32,000 nt of DNA from Gemmata obscuriglobus (GCF_008065095.1 NZ_CP042911.1:4200001-4232000), one strand, 5' to 3'. Shown: positions 1-9,352, counted from the first letter of the stretch. Numbers and translations are program-made. Notes: a model not told the origin generated them from the sequence alone.

Positions 1-699
1 CAGGTTGCGAACGCGGTTAACATGGCGGCGGTAAACCCCGCCGAACTCGCGGAAGTGCGTCCGTACGTTGACCTCGCCCGTCGGCTCGGGCTGCTTCAGG
101 CGCAGGTCGCGCAAGGGGCGATTCGCAAGGCGTCGCTCACGTACCGCGGCGAACTCGCGGGGCAAAAGACCAAGCTCCTGACCGCGGCGTTCACCGCCGG
201 CATGCTCGAGTACCGGCTCAGCGAGGGGGTGAACCTCGTGAACGCCGACGTGCTCGCCCGCGACCGCGGGATCGAGATCGCGGAATCGTCGAGCCCGAAG
301 AAGGGCGACTTCGCGGCGCTCCTGCACACCGAGGTCGAGACCGAGGGGGGCACGACGGTCGCGTCGGGCACTCTCTTCGGTGACCAGTACGTTCGGCTCG
401 TGCAACTCGGGCCGTTCCGGATGGAGGGCTACCTCGACGGCGTGCTGCTGGTGTTCCGGCACCACGACGTGCCGGGACTGATCGGGTTCGTGGGCACCAT
501 CTTCGGCAAGCACAAGGTGAACATCGCGCAGATGACGGTCGGCCGCACCTCGCCGGGCGGCGAAGCGATCGGCATTCTGAACCTCGACAACTGGCCGTCA
601 GACGAGGCGGTCGCAGAGGTCAAAGCGCACCCGCAAATCAGTTCGGTGACGGTGGTGAAACTGCCGGCCGCGGGTGAACTTCCGGCGTGGCTCGGTTAA
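1..699 (+). CDS. serA: D-3-phosphoglycerate dehydrogenase, C-terminal part (5' end lies outside the window)
   Basis: Frame 1 is open from base 1, with no stop before the ATG at 22, so the CDS enters from upstream. The translation ends in an ACT-type regulatory domain (VLLVFRHHDVPGLIGFVGTIFGKHKVNIAQMTVGR). That domain is preceded by the intervening domain typical of long type I PGDH. TAA stop at 697-699. Confidence 0.8.
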   Translation, partial: QVANAVNMAAVNPAELAEVRPYVDLARRLGLLQAQVAQGAIRKASLTYRGELAGQKTKLLTAAFTAGMLEYRLSEGVNLVNADVLARDRGIEIAESSSPKKGDFAALLHTEVETEGGTTVASGTLFGDQYVRLVQLGPFRMEGYLDGVLLVFRHHDVPGLIGFVGTIFGKHKVNIAQMTVGRTSPGGEAIGILNLDNWPSDEAVAEVKAHPQISSVTVVKLPAAGELPAWLG

Positions 700-777
700 G
701 ATCTGTGCGCGGATGTGTACGCAACGGCGGGCGACCTGTGCCCATTGAGTTGGGGTTCGCGAAACTCACGCTAGCAA

Positions 778-812
778 GCCTTTCGTTCTGGCTTTCGGCC
801 AGAACGAAGGGC
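778..812. terminator. Bidirectional hairpin terminator between convergent serA and glgA
   Basis: GCCTTTCGTTCTGGC (778-792) pairs with GCCAGAACGAAGGGC (798-812) across a 5-nt loop, with one G.T pair. T-rich sequence follows on the + strand (TTTCGCTTTTCGC). It lies between two convergent stop codons. Confidence 0.6.
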
Positions 813-835
813 TTTCGCTTTTCGCACGGCGGGCG

Positions 836-2341
836 TTAGCCGATTCCGGAGATTTTGCGGTACAGGCGCTCGTAAGCCTCGGCGCTGCGGTCCCAGCTCC
901 AGTCCTGTGCCATTGCGGTCCGAACGACTTGGCGGAAGTCGTCGGGCCGCTGGCGGTACAGGACCAGCGCCCAACGCACCGTCTCGTACAGGGCGTGGGC
1001 GGTGTACTCGTTAAAGCTGAAGCCGGTCGCCCGCTGGTCGGCGAGGTTCTCTTCCGTGGCGTTCACGACCGTGTCAGCGAGGCCGCCGGTCGCACGCACC
1101 ACCGGCGGGGTGCCGTACTTCAGGCTGTACATCTGGTTCAGCCCGCACGGCTCGTACCGGCTCGGCATCAGGAACAGGTCGCTGCCGGCCTCAACCACGT
1201 GTGCCAGCGTCTCGTTGAACCCCAAGTAGATTCCCACGCGGTTCGGATTCTTGTCCCGAAGGGCCTGGAGCTGGTCGTGGTAGATCTGATCGCCGTCACC
1301 AAGCACGATGATCTGGCAGCCTAGGTCCAGAAACCCTTGCGCGGCGCTGAGCGTGATGTCGATTCCCTTTTGCCCGACGAGCCGCGCGACCATCCCCAGA
1401 ACGGGTGTGGTCGGCTCTTCGGGCAGGTTGAACCGGCGCTGGAGGTCCGCTTTACACAACGGCTTGTTCTCGAACACGTTCTCGGGCGTGTACCGCGCCG
1501 CGATGTGCTTGTCGTGGGCCGGGTTCCAGTGCTCGTAGTCGCACCCGTTCACGATCCCGGACAGCTTCCAGTGGAGGTTCGTGAGCAGCCCTTCCAGGCC
1601 GTACCCGAACTCGCCCGTCTGGATCTCGCGGGCGTAGGTGGGGCTGACCGTGTTAACCGCGTCCGCGAACACGATCCCGGACTTGAGGAAGTTGAAGCCG
1701 TAGTGCTCGAGTTGGTTCGGGTTGTAGAGCCACCCCGGCAGGCCGGTGTAGTTCATCAGCTCGCGCGGGTAAGACCCCTGGTACGCGATGTTGTGGACCG
1801 TGAACGTCGAGCGGATGCGCTGGTAGCCCGGGTTGTTGCGGTACGTCTCCGCGAGGTACGCCGGAATGAGGCCGGTTTGCCAGTCGTTTGCGTGGATCAC
1901 GTCGGGGGCGAAGCCGATGTGCGGCACCAGTTCCATGACCGCGCGGCAGAAGAACACGAACCGCACACCGTTGTCGCCGTAATCCTGCTTCCCGCCCCAG
2001 CCCTGCTCCTGGTACAGCCCGCGCCCGGTCTTCGGGTCGTCGCGCTCGAAGTAGGGTGCGTGCTCGATCAGGAAGACCGGCACCGACGTGTTCGGGAGGA
2101 ACGAGCGGTACACGCGGCACGCGAGCACCCGGTCCCCCATTGGCACGGGAAGCACGATCCCGGTGCGCTCGATCGGGTGCCCGGACCGCTTCACCGCGTT
2201 GTAGAACGGCATCACGACAGAAGCGGTGTTCCCGCGGCGCGCGAGTGCCGCGGGCAGCGCGCCGGCGACATCGGCCAACCCGCCGGTCTTCGCGAACCCG
2301 ACCACTTCGCTCGCCGCTACCAGTACCCGCAACCCGGCCAC
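836..2341 (-). CDS. glgA: Glycogen synthase (ADP-glucose type, GT5)
   Basis: 501-aa ORF with the N-terminal motif SEVVGFAKTGGLADVAGALP and a GT5/GT1 C-terminal half (PSRYEPCGLNQMY). GTG start at 2341, with GGGAG 8 nt upstream on the minus strand. Confidence 0.93.
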   Translation of the reverse strand: MAGLRVLVAASEVVGFAKTGGLADVAGALPAALARRGNTASVVMPFYNAVKRSGHPIERTGIVLPVPMGDRVLACRVYRSFLPNTSVPVFLIEHAPYFERDDPKTGRGLYQEQGWGGKQDYGDNGVRFVFFCRAVMELVPHIGFAPDVIHANDWQTGLIPAYLAETYRNNPGYQRIRSTFTVHNIAYQGSYPRELMNYTGLPGWLYNPNQLEHYGFNFLKSGIVFADAVNTVSPTYAREIQTGEFGYGLEGLLTNLHWKLSGIVNGCDYEHWNPAHDKHIAARYTPENVFENKPLCKADLQRRFNLPEEPTTPVLGMVARLVGQKGIDITLSAAQGFLDLGCQIIVLGDGDQIYHDQLQALRDKNPNRVGIYLGFNETLAHVVEAGSDLFLMPSRYEPCGLNQMYSLKYGTPPVVRATGGLADTVVNATEENLADQRATGFSFNEYTAHALYETVRWALVLYRQRPDDFRQVVRTAMAQDWSWDRSAEAYERLYRKISGIG

Positions 2342-2575
2342 AGTGATTCTCCCGCCGGCGCCAATTCGCGACCCTAGAAACTATAGGATCGGTTGCGGGG
2401 GGGTGTGGAACAAAGAAGAATGGCCACAATCTGTCGCGGCGGCACTGGCCAGGGGCCGATTTTTGACGGAATCGACAGGATGAGCAGAACGGGACGGCTG
2501 GGCGGGCTTTCTTGTTTTTCTGCTCACGCTCAACCGGTCGATCCCGTCAAAACCTCGCGCCGTTGGCACGCGAAG

Positions 2576-3268
2576 TTATTTCGCGCTACCCGCACGCACT
2601 TCAACGCTCCCATCGGTGCCTTGAATCATGATGGTGTGGGCCATCTTCGCGAAGATGCCCGTCCCGACGACGCCGGGGATCGCGAGAATTTGCGCCTCCG
2701 TGTCGGCGGGGGCCGTGATGGCGGTGGTGCGGCAGTCGAGGATGTAGTTCCCGTTATCGGTGACGAATGGTTTCCCGTCTTTCATCCGCAGCGCGGACGG
2801 GAGACCCAGCGTTTCGAGACGCTTGCGGCACGGGGTCAGTGCGAACGTCACGACTTCAACGGGAAGCTTGCCACGTTCGCCGAGCACCTTGACAACCTTT
2901 TCGCCGCCCGCGAGCACAACGAACGTGCGGGCGTAGGCCGCAACGACCTTCTCGCGCACGAGGGCGCCGCCGTAGCCCTTGATGAGGTCGCCGTTCGGGT
3001 CGACTTCGTCGGCGCCGTCCACGCACACGTCGATGTACGGCACGTCATCGAAGGTCACGAGGGGGATGCCCAGTTTGGTGGCGAGTTCGGCGGAGACTTC
3101 CGAGGTGGGCAACCCGCGGATGCGGAGCCCGGCCTGCACTTTGGCCCCGAGCGCCTGAATGAACGCGGTCGCGGCGCGCCCCGTACCCAGACCGACCACG
3201 GTGTCGGGCTGAACGAGTTCGACCGCCTTCGCGGCGATGGCGTCGGTGTCGGGAGTGCCCGCGGACAT
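2576..3268 (-). CDS. rpiA: Ribose-5-phosphate isomerase A
   Basis: Motifs VVGLGTGRAATAFIQALG and DGADEVDPNGDLIKGYGGALVREKVVA. I chose the ATG at 3268 (MSAGTPD...) because the ORF upstream of it is Arg/Pro-rich and not RpiA-like. Confidence 0.9.
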   Translation of the reverse strand: MSAGTPDTDAIAAKAVELVQPDTVVGLGTGRAATAFIQALGAKVQAGLRIRGLPTSEVSAELATKLGIPLVTFDDVPYIDVCVDGADEVDPNGDLIKGYGGALVREKVVAAYARTFVVLAGGEKVVKVLGERGKLPVEVVTFALTPCRKRLETLGLPSALRMKDGKPFVTDNGNYILDCRTTAITAPADTEAQILAIPGVVGTGIFAKMAHTIMIQGTDGSVEVRAGSAK

Positions 3269-3471
3269 GTGCTGGCCCTTCGGTGGGAAAAAGGGCATTC
3301 TCGCTCGCAACTGCTGCGGCCGCAAGAGGCACCCGATGTAGAGATCGGCCCGAGACCTCCCGATCCTGTTGTTACTCCCGTTCGTCGTTTTTTGGGTTTC
3401 GGCGTATGGATCGGGGGCGTGCCGGGATCAGTATGAGGGAACAGCAACGGCCCCCGAGAACTTGATGACCC

Positions 3472-5067
3472 ATGCTACGCCGATTTGCTCGCGTGCTGGC
3501 TGCGACCGCTGAGGTTGGGGACTCGGTCCCTGACACCGAACTGCTTCGCCAGTTCGCACAAAACCGAAACGCGGCCGCGTTCGAACTGCTCATGCGCCGC
3601 CACGCGGACACCGTCTGGACTCCGTGCCGGCGGCTCCTTCGCTCAGAAGCCGATGCTGAGGACGCCTTTCAGGCCACTTTTCTCATTCTTGCTCGTAAAG
3701 CCGGTGCGATTCGCGGGGCGCGTATCGGCGGGTGGCTGCACCGAGTGGCTGTCCACGTCGCCCTGAAGTTGCGCGCGCGAACCGCCCGGGTTCCCGTCCT
3801 GGCGTCAGGGCATCTGAATACCGTTCCGGCTCCAGCGGAGCCCGACCCGGAAATCACCGGGATCGTTCAGGAGGAACTGGCACGGCTCCCGGACCGGTAC
3901 CGACTGCCGGTCGTGCTGTGCGAGTTGGAAGGACGCACCCACGTCGAAGCCGCAGCCGCATTGCGATGCCCGGTCGGGACCATCGCCGGGCGGCTCAGTC
4001 GCGCCCGACGCCTGCTGCGCGATCGGCTCATCCAGCGTGGGGTGGCCCCGATCCTGGTGTTGTCAACATCGGCCACACCGGTCGGTATGGTCCGCGCCGC
4101 CGTGGCACTCGTAAGCGGTGGAGCGGCCGTTCGCCCCGTCGTGTTAACCCTCACCGAAGGAGTTCTGCACGCCATGAGTACCGCCAAGTGGAAGATGGCC
4201 GCGGGTGCGGTCGCGTGTTTGCTCGGACTGGCTGGGGCTGGAATCGCAGCGTTCGGCTCGCTGCCGTCAACTCCAGCACCGCCGGCTCCGATGCCCGTAC
4301 CCGCGGCCCCGCCCCAAAAAGGCGAGCCCGCTTCGAAGGTCAAAACGAATGCGGAACTGGCTCAGGACGCAAAGGACCGCTTCGCCGAATTCGAGCAACT
4401 CCTGACGGTGATCACCGAACTCGAACTGCTCAAACATCGCCGGGAAATCTATGCCGCCGGGCGACCCGGTAAGGAGGACGCGACCGCGCTGACCAAAAAG
4501 GTGGCCGACCTGGAGCGAAAGATCCAGGAACTGAGACCGCGGCTGAAATACTACACCGATGATATCGGGCTCAATTCCCCCTCAAGACTCCCGTGGGCCA
4601 TCAAGGAGATCAAGGAGGAACTCGAGAAACTCGAAAAGGCTGACCGTGCCAAGTCACTCGAGCCCCAGGCCGCACCGACCAATGACCTCAAACTCCTTAA
4701 TGGTGAGTGGAAGGTTGTGGCTCTGGAAGCCAACGGAAAGAAGGCCCCGGCCGCCGAGATTGAGGGTGGGCGTTGGGTGTTCTCGGGCGCGGAAGTCCAG
4801 TTCGGTGACCCCGGCGAGAAACTCGGGGGGAGATCGTCTGTGAAACTGGACACGACCAAATCGCCGAAGCACATCGATCTGGCCGGCCTGGAAGGAGCGG
4901 GTAAGGGCATAACGAGTCCGGGGATCTACAAGCTGGAAAAGGGCCGACTCGTCATTTGTCTGGGGGACCCGAAGAGCGGCGAGAAGGGGCGGCCCACAAC
5001 CTTCGCTACCGGGGCGCTGGGTGAAGCAGCGCTTATAACCCTTGAGCGGGTCAAGGACAAGAAGTAG
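3472..5067 (+). CDS. ECF-type RNA polymerase sigma factor fused to a TM helix, a coiled coil and a C-terminal TIGR03067-type (planctomycete-specific) domain
   Basis: - aa 20-190: sigma-70 region 2 (DAEDAFQATFLILARKA...GGWLHRVAVHVA) and region 4 (LPDRYRLPVVLCELEGRTHVEAAAALRCPVGTIAGRLSRARRLL).
- aa 242-263: hydrophobic helix (MAAGAVACLLGLAGAGIAAFGS).
- Then a Pro-rich linker and a coiled coil.
- aa 405-527: NGEWKVVALEANGKK...KHIDL...GIYKLEKGRLVICLG...RPTTFAT, matching the TIGR03067 pattern. Confidence 0.85.
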   Translation: MLRRFARVLAATAEVGDSVPDTELLRQFAQNRNAAAFELLMRRHADTVWTPCRRLLRSEADAEDAFQATFLILARKAGAIRGARIGGWLHRVAVHVALKLRARTARVPVLASGHLNTVPAPAEPDPEITGIVQEELARLPDRYRLPVVLCELEGRTHVEAAAALRCPVGTIAGRLSRARRLLRDRLIQRGVAPILVLSTSATPVGMVRAAVALVSGGAAVRPVVLTLTEGVLHAMSTAKWKMAAGAVACLLGLAGAGIAAFGSLPSTPAPPAPMPVPAAPPQKGEPASKVKTNAELAQDAKDRFAEFEQLLTVITELELLKHRREIYAAGRPGKEDATALTKKVADLERKIQELRPRLKYYTDDIGLNSPSRLPWAIKEIKEELEKLEKADRAKSLEPQAAPTNDLKLLNGEWKVVALEANGKKAPAAEIEGGRWVFSGAEVQFGDPGEKLGGRSSVKLDTTKSPKHIDLAGLEGAGKGITSPGIYKLEKGRLVICLGDPKSGEKGRPTTFATGALGEAALITLERVKDKK

Positions 5068-5261
5068 CGCCGCGCCAACACACATTGGCATAATTGATTA
5101 TATTGGCCGACGGATGTGTTTTTTGTGATTGATTCTGCGCAGACATCTCGAACTGTGTCGCAAGACCGCGGCACTACTACGTGCTGAAGACCAACCTCGC
5201 CCACCACCCGCGCACGCGGCCGAGGTTCCCCCCGGCCGCGGCTTCGCTCACGCTCGGGTTC

Positions 5262-7427
5262 TCACTTCTCGATCGTCGGCTTGAAGTCGAGCGTCTTCAC
5301 CAGGAACGCCCACTGGTCGGCGACTTCCTCAATGATCTTCGTCGTCGGCTTGCCGGCCCCGTGGCCCGCCTTCGTCTCGATGCGGATCAGCGTCGGGTTC
5401 GGCCCCGAGTTGTTCGCCTGGAGTGCCGCCGCGAACTTGAAGCTGTGCCCCGGGACCACACGGTCGTCGGTGTCGGCGGTGGTCACCATCGTTGCCGGGT
5501 ACGCCTTCGGGCCGTTCTTCAGCAGCACGTGGTACGGGCTGAACTTGTACAGCTCGTTGAACTCCGCGCTGTTGTCCGACGAACCGTAGTCGTCCACCCA
5601 AAACCGCCCCGCGGTGAACTTCTGGAACCGGAGCATGTCCATCACGCCCACGGCCGGCAGGCCCGCGCCGAAGAGGTCCGGGCGCTGCGTCAGGCAGGCG
5701 CCCACGAGCAGCCCGCCGTTGCTCCCGCCCTGAATCGCGAGCTTCTTGGGGGAGGTGTACTTCTCTTTAACGAGGTACTCGCCCGCCGCGATGAAGTCGT
5801 CGAACACGTTCTGCTTCTGGAGCTTCGTGCCGGCGCGGTGCCACTCGTCGCCGTACTCGCCGCCGCCGCGCAGGTTCGCCACCGCGAACACCCCGCCCAT
5901 CTCCATCCATTGCAGCCGCGACACCGAGAAGCCCGGTGTGAGCGAGATGTTGAACCCGCCGTACCCGTACAGCAGCGTCGGGTTGGTGCCGTCAAGCTTG
6001 AGGCCTTTCTTGTGCGCGATGAACATCGGCACCTTCGTGCCGTCCTTGCTCGCGTAGAAGACCTGCTTCACCTCGTACTGGGTCGGGTCGAACTTCACCT
6101 TCGCCTGGCGGATCAGCTTGCTCGCGCCGGTCGCGATGTCGTAGTGGTACACGCTCGGGGGCGTGGCGAAGCTGCTGAACGTGTAGAAGGTCTCCTTGTC
6201 CTCGCGCTTGCCGTTGAACCCCGCGGCGGTGCCGATCCCGGGCAGGTCCACCTCGCGGACGAACGTGCCGTCCACCTCGTGGACCTTCACCAGCGTCTTC
6301 GCGTCCTTCAGGTAGCTGCAGATGAACCGGTTGCCGACCAGGTCGGCGCCGTCGAGCGGCTCCTTCGCCTCGGCGATCACCGTCTTCCAGTTCTTCTTGT
6401 CCGGGTTCTTCGTGTCGATCGCGACGATCTGGTACTTCGGTGCCCGGTAGTCGGTCTTGAAGTAGAACACCCCGCCGTCGTTACCCAGGAAGTCGAACTT
6501 GTTGTCGTGGTTGTCGATCAGCTCGACGGTCCGGCTGTCGGTGGTGCCGAGCGCCCGGTACGCGATGCGGGACTTACGGCTGGTGGTGCCGTCGCCGACG
6601 GAGATGATCAGGTACTTGCCGTCCTCGGTCACCCCGCCGCCGACGGTCCACTTGGGGTTGTCCGTGCGCTCGTAGACCAGTTCGTCCTCGCTCTGCGGCG
6701 TGCCCAGCTTGTGGTAGTACAGCTTCTGATCCACGTTCAGGTTCTGGAACGCGGCCCCGGCCTGCGGCTCGGGGAACCGGCTGTAGTAGAAGCCCTTGCC
6801 GTCCTTCGTCCACGAGGTGCTGCTGAACTTCACCCACTTCAGCTCGTCCGGCAGCGTTTTGCCGGTCGCCACGTCGAACACCTTCCAGGTGTTCCAGTCG
6901 CTGCCCGACTGCGCGGTGCCGTAGGCGATCAGCTTGGCGTCGTCGCTGACCTCCAGCCCCGACAGCGCGAGGGTGCCGTCCTTGGTCCAGGCGTTCGGGT
7001 CGATGAGGAGCTTGGCCTCGGCGTCGAGCGCGTCCTGAACGAACAGCACGTTCTGGTTCTGGAGCCCGTCGTTCTTGAAGAAGAAGTACCGGCCGCCGAC
7101 CTTGAACGGGGCGCTGATCTTCTCGTAGTTGTAGATCTCGGTGATCCGCTTCTTGATCGCCTCGCGCTCCGGGATGCTCTCCAGGAACGCGGCGGTCACC
7201 TTGTTCTCGGCCTCGACCCACGCGGCCACGTCCTTCGACTCGCGCACGTCGTCTTCGAGCCACCGGTACGGGTCCGCGACCTTCGTTCCGTGGTACTCGT
7301 CGACCACGGTGCCCTTTTTCGTTTCGGGGTACGTCAACTTCTTCGGCTCCTCGGCGTGTGTCGGAATCGTCAGGACCGCGGCGAGACCGGCCACGGTCGC
7401 GGTCATCGCCCAGCGCGGAAGACGCAT
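5262..7427 (-). CDS. Prolyl oligopeptidase (S9A family), secreted
   Basis: N-terminal beta-propeller region followed by a catalytic domain with GGSNGGLLVGA (Ser), DDRV (Asp) and KAGHGAGK (His). I chose the ATG at 7427 because it gives a signal peptide (MRLPRWAMTATVAGLAAVLTIPTHA) and has GGAG 9 nt upstream. The ORF extends to 7478. Confidence 0.9.
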   Translation of the reverse strand: MRLPRWAMTATVAGLAAVLTIPTHAEEPKKLTYPETKKGTVVDEYHGTKVADPYRWLEDDVRESKDVAAWVEAENKVTAAFLESIPEREAIKKRITEIYNYEKISAPFKVGGRYFFFKNDGLQNQNVLFVQDALDAEAKLLIDPNAWTKDGTLALSGLEVSDDAKLIAYGTAQSGSDWNTWKVFDVATGKTLPDELKWVKFSSTSWTKDGKGFYYSRFPEPQAGAAFQNLNVDQKLYYHKLGTPQSEDELVYERTDNPKWTVGGGVTEDGKYLIISVGDGTTSRKSRIAYRALGTTDSRTVELIDNHDNKFDFLGNDGGVFYFKTDYRAPKYQIVAIDTKNPDKKNWKTVIAEAKEPLDGADLVGNRFICSYLKDAKTLVKVHEVDGTFVREVDLPGIGTAAGFNGKREDKETFYTFSSFATPPSVYHYDIATGASKLIRQAKVKFDPTQYEVKQVFYASKDGTKVPMFIAHKKGLKLDGTNPTLLYGYGGFNISLTPGFSVSRLQWMEMGGVFAVANLRGGGEYGDEWHRAGTKLQKQNVFDDFIAAGEYLVKEKYTSPKKLAIQGGSNGGLLVGACLTQRPDLFGAGLPAVGVMDMLRFQKFTAGRFWVDDYGSSDNSAEFNELYKFSPYHVLLKNGPKAYPATMVTTADTDDRVVPGHSFKFAAALQANNSGPNPTLIRIETKAGHGAGKPTTKIIEEVADQWAFLVKTLDFKPTIEK

Positions 7428-7677
7428 AGATGTTGCTCCGGAACGGCGTCGGGAAAGGAGAGGCGTCTGAGCCCGCAATTATATGCCGGCGGTGCGGCCA
7501 AGGCCGGTGCGTGGAAATCGCCTTCCCAATCCGCGTGCTGTCGTTGGCGTAATGAGCGGCGCGTCCTTTGGGTATCGCGCGGCCCTTCCGGATGTTCCCA
7601 ACGTGTTGGTGTGGGCCGTACGAGTTCGGCTTGCGCTCGGGAGCGGAAACAGTGCAGCGGGGCTATCTGGTGGTGTC

Positions 7678-8580
7678 CTACTTTTGTTGCACGGCGGGAT
7701 GGGCCAACCATTCAGCGAGTGACCACACGTGATCGGTGAGCCCGGCGGCCATCGCCGGGGTTCGTGCCCGACACCGGCCGCCCTCGCCTTTCACGCGCAG
7801 GGTGCGGACGGGCCAGCAGAAGTTGTCGCTGAAGTAACTGAACGCGGTGGCGGCCCGGTGCGTGCCCCGGTCCTTCGAGAACCCGTAGCTGTTCCGCACC
7901 TTGCGGCGGCACCGGTTCCGATCGGTCCCGTTGTGCCGCTCCACGAAGCACGTATTCACAACCGTGCTCACCGCCGAATCCAGCCGCGCGGCGGCCACTG
8001 CGGCCGCGGTCCCGAGCACCACCCGGGTGCTCACCGACACCACCCGGTTGTTCTCACGCGCCTTGTGCACGGTCGCATACGCGACCGCCGCCGGGAGCAC
8101 CACCCGAGCCTTCCGCGGGCGCCCCGGTCGCCCGGTCCGTGGTGGGGTCACCAACTGCCCGTATGCCGCGCGGATGGCCGATTCGTACACCGGGTACTCG
8201 CCCGTGGTGATGAGCCGCAGGAGCCGGTCCGCCGATGCGCCGGTCCGCCGATGCGCGTCCCGCACCAGCGCGTGTGTCGCCTCCTCGGTTCGCTGGCCCA
8301 CCACCAGGCTCACCACCAGTCGGTGCTCCGGATCCAGGGCCACGTGGTCCCAGCAGTCCCCACGGCGCCGCTCCTCCGGGGCACCGTTCTTCTCCTCGCG
8401 GGCCACGAAGCTCCACTCCTCATCCAGTTGGAGCTCGTTGGTCCGGGGGGGAAAGGGCCACCAACTCGTCGTGGAGTTGCTGGGCCTGCTCGCCGGCCTG
8501 ACGGATGTACCGGGTGACCGTGTCCCGATGTACCCCGACCAATCGGGCCGTCTTGCGGGTGCCGGATCCCTCCGCCACAT
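7678..8580 (-). pseudogene. IS1-family transposase, DDE catalytic segment (orfB), in the +1 frame relative to orfA
   Basis: The meaningful sequence starts at NELQLDEEWSFVAREEKN and contains ITTGEYPVYESA and NTCFVERHNGTDRNRCRRKVRNSYGFSK, the IS1-type DDE signature. It has no independent start, and the frame changes at the C7 run 8445-8451. Deleting one C would fuse orfA and orfB into a single ORF of about 370 aa. Confidence 0.7.
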
Positions 8581-8794
8581 GGGCCAGCACCGCGGTCACC
8601 GTCTGGGCCGACAACCGGGTGCCGTACAAGGGCGTGCCCTTGCGCTCCGAGAACCGGGCCTTGCACGTGGAGCACCGCAGCACCCGGGTGTTGCTCGGGC
8701 CGTATCGGGCCGGCACCGTTAGGTTCCCGTGCCCCCGCTTCCCGTGGTCCGGGCAATCCGCATTCCGGCAACAGAACCGACTCAGATCGTCCAT
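8420..8794 (-). CDS. IS1-family transposase, N-terminal Zn-finger/HTH segment (orfA)
   Basis: CCRNADCPDHGKRG...RCSTCKARFSERKGTPLY, followed by the HTH TARLVGVHRDTVTRYIRQ. It ends at TGA 8420-8422, just after a C7 run (G7 on the + strand, 8445-8451). Confidence 0.75.
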   Translation of the reverse strand: MDDLSRFCCRNADCPDHGKRGHGNLTVPARYGPSNTRVLRCSTCKARFSERKGTPLYGTRLSAQTVTAVLAHVAEGSGTRKTARLVGVHRDTVTRYIRQAGEQAQQLHDELVALSPPDQRAPTG

Positions 8795-8956
8795 GACCGA
8801 TCCCAACACGCGCGAGGGAAAAGCACGACCGAACAGCGTAACTACTTACCACGCATCAGTAGCCGCATACAAGACGAACAGGACACCACCGAAAATCGCA
8901 GGGCTTGGCATTCAGGCTGCGGCCCCGAGAGCGCATTTGGCGTAGGTGTCATTGGC

Positions 8957-9352
8957 CGGTTCACACCACGAGCGTGTGGAACACACCAGCAGCGTACTGC
9001 TCCAGTCCGCCACCACCTGTTCACCCCCACGAGCGTGGGGAACACCCAGAGGCGGAAGGTGCTGGTGCTGACGCCCTCGGTTCACCCCCACGAGCGTGGG
9101 GAACACGCGTCTCGTGCTTCGCCGCCGGCAGCTTCGCGGCCGGTTCACCCCCACGAGCGTGGGGAACACGCGGTGCTGTTCCGACAAAGAGTCGACGTAT
9201 TCGGTTCACCCCCACGAGCGTGGGGAACACGAACATCGCGGGCACCGCCGCCACGCCGTCGATCGGTTCACCCCCACGAGCGTGGGGAACACGGTTCGCG
9301 ACTGAGCAACAGGTCCGGGACTACGGTTCACCCCCACGAGCGTGGGGAACAC
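8957..9352 (-). CRISPR. CRISPR array of 7 repeats and 6 spacers, with a type I-E-like repeat
   Basis: The 29-nt repeat on the + strand is CGGTTCACCCCCACGAGCGTGGGGAACAC.

Repeat positions:
- 8957-8984: degenerate, 28 nt
- 9017-9045: 1 mismatch
- 9078-9106
- 9141-9169
- 9202-9230
- 9264-9292
- 9324-9352

Spacer lengths are 32, 32, 34, 32, 33 and 31 nt. The reverse complement GTGTTCCCCACGCTCGTGGGGGTGAACCG has the I-E layout: a 6-bp GC stem, a 4-nt loop and an 8-nt handle ending AACCG. The degenerate repeat sits at the low-coordinate end, so transcription is inferred on the minus strand with the leader at 9353 onward. Confidence 0.9.

Larger units (their letters stand above)
7669..8890 (-). mobile_element. 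IS1-family insertion sequence (about 1.22 kb)
   Basis: Terminal inverted repeat GGTGGTGTCCT at 7669-7679 matches AGGACACCACC at 8880-8890 (11/11, partial similarity beyond). The GGTG start resembles IS1 ends. The element encloses a Zn-finger/HTH orfA and a DDE orfB. I see no matching direct repeat in the immediate flanks (GGGCTATCT versus GAAAATCGC). Confidence 0.75.

Noticed and set aside
3326-3471. An ECF-type autoregulatory promoter (GGAAC at about 3436) upstream of the sigma-factor gene.
   Set aside because: No CGT-type -10 element occurs at the expected 16-17 nt spacing, and the putative start site would fall almost on the ATG. This is not supportable from the sequence alone.
5068-5261. 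An AT-rich patch (5085-5130) with short palindromes and a T6 run, considered as a terminator for the ECF sigma gene.
   Set aside because: The best stem (ACACAT/ATGTGT) encloses a 28-nt loop and is weak. The patch is plausibly a convergent terminator region, but the structure is not convincing enough to list as a feature.
5181-7739. Very long ORFs antisense to well-supported genes: 5181-7739 (+), 24265-25782 (-), 26062-28416 (-), 14315-16792 (+), 2393-3436 (+), 1337-2377 (+), 28585-29928 (-) and 31124-31990 (-).
   Set aside because: Their translations are Arg/Pro/Gly/Ala-rich and low in complexity, with no motifs. Each lies opposite a gene with strong family signatures. These are the typical stop-poor shadow frames of high-GC DNA.
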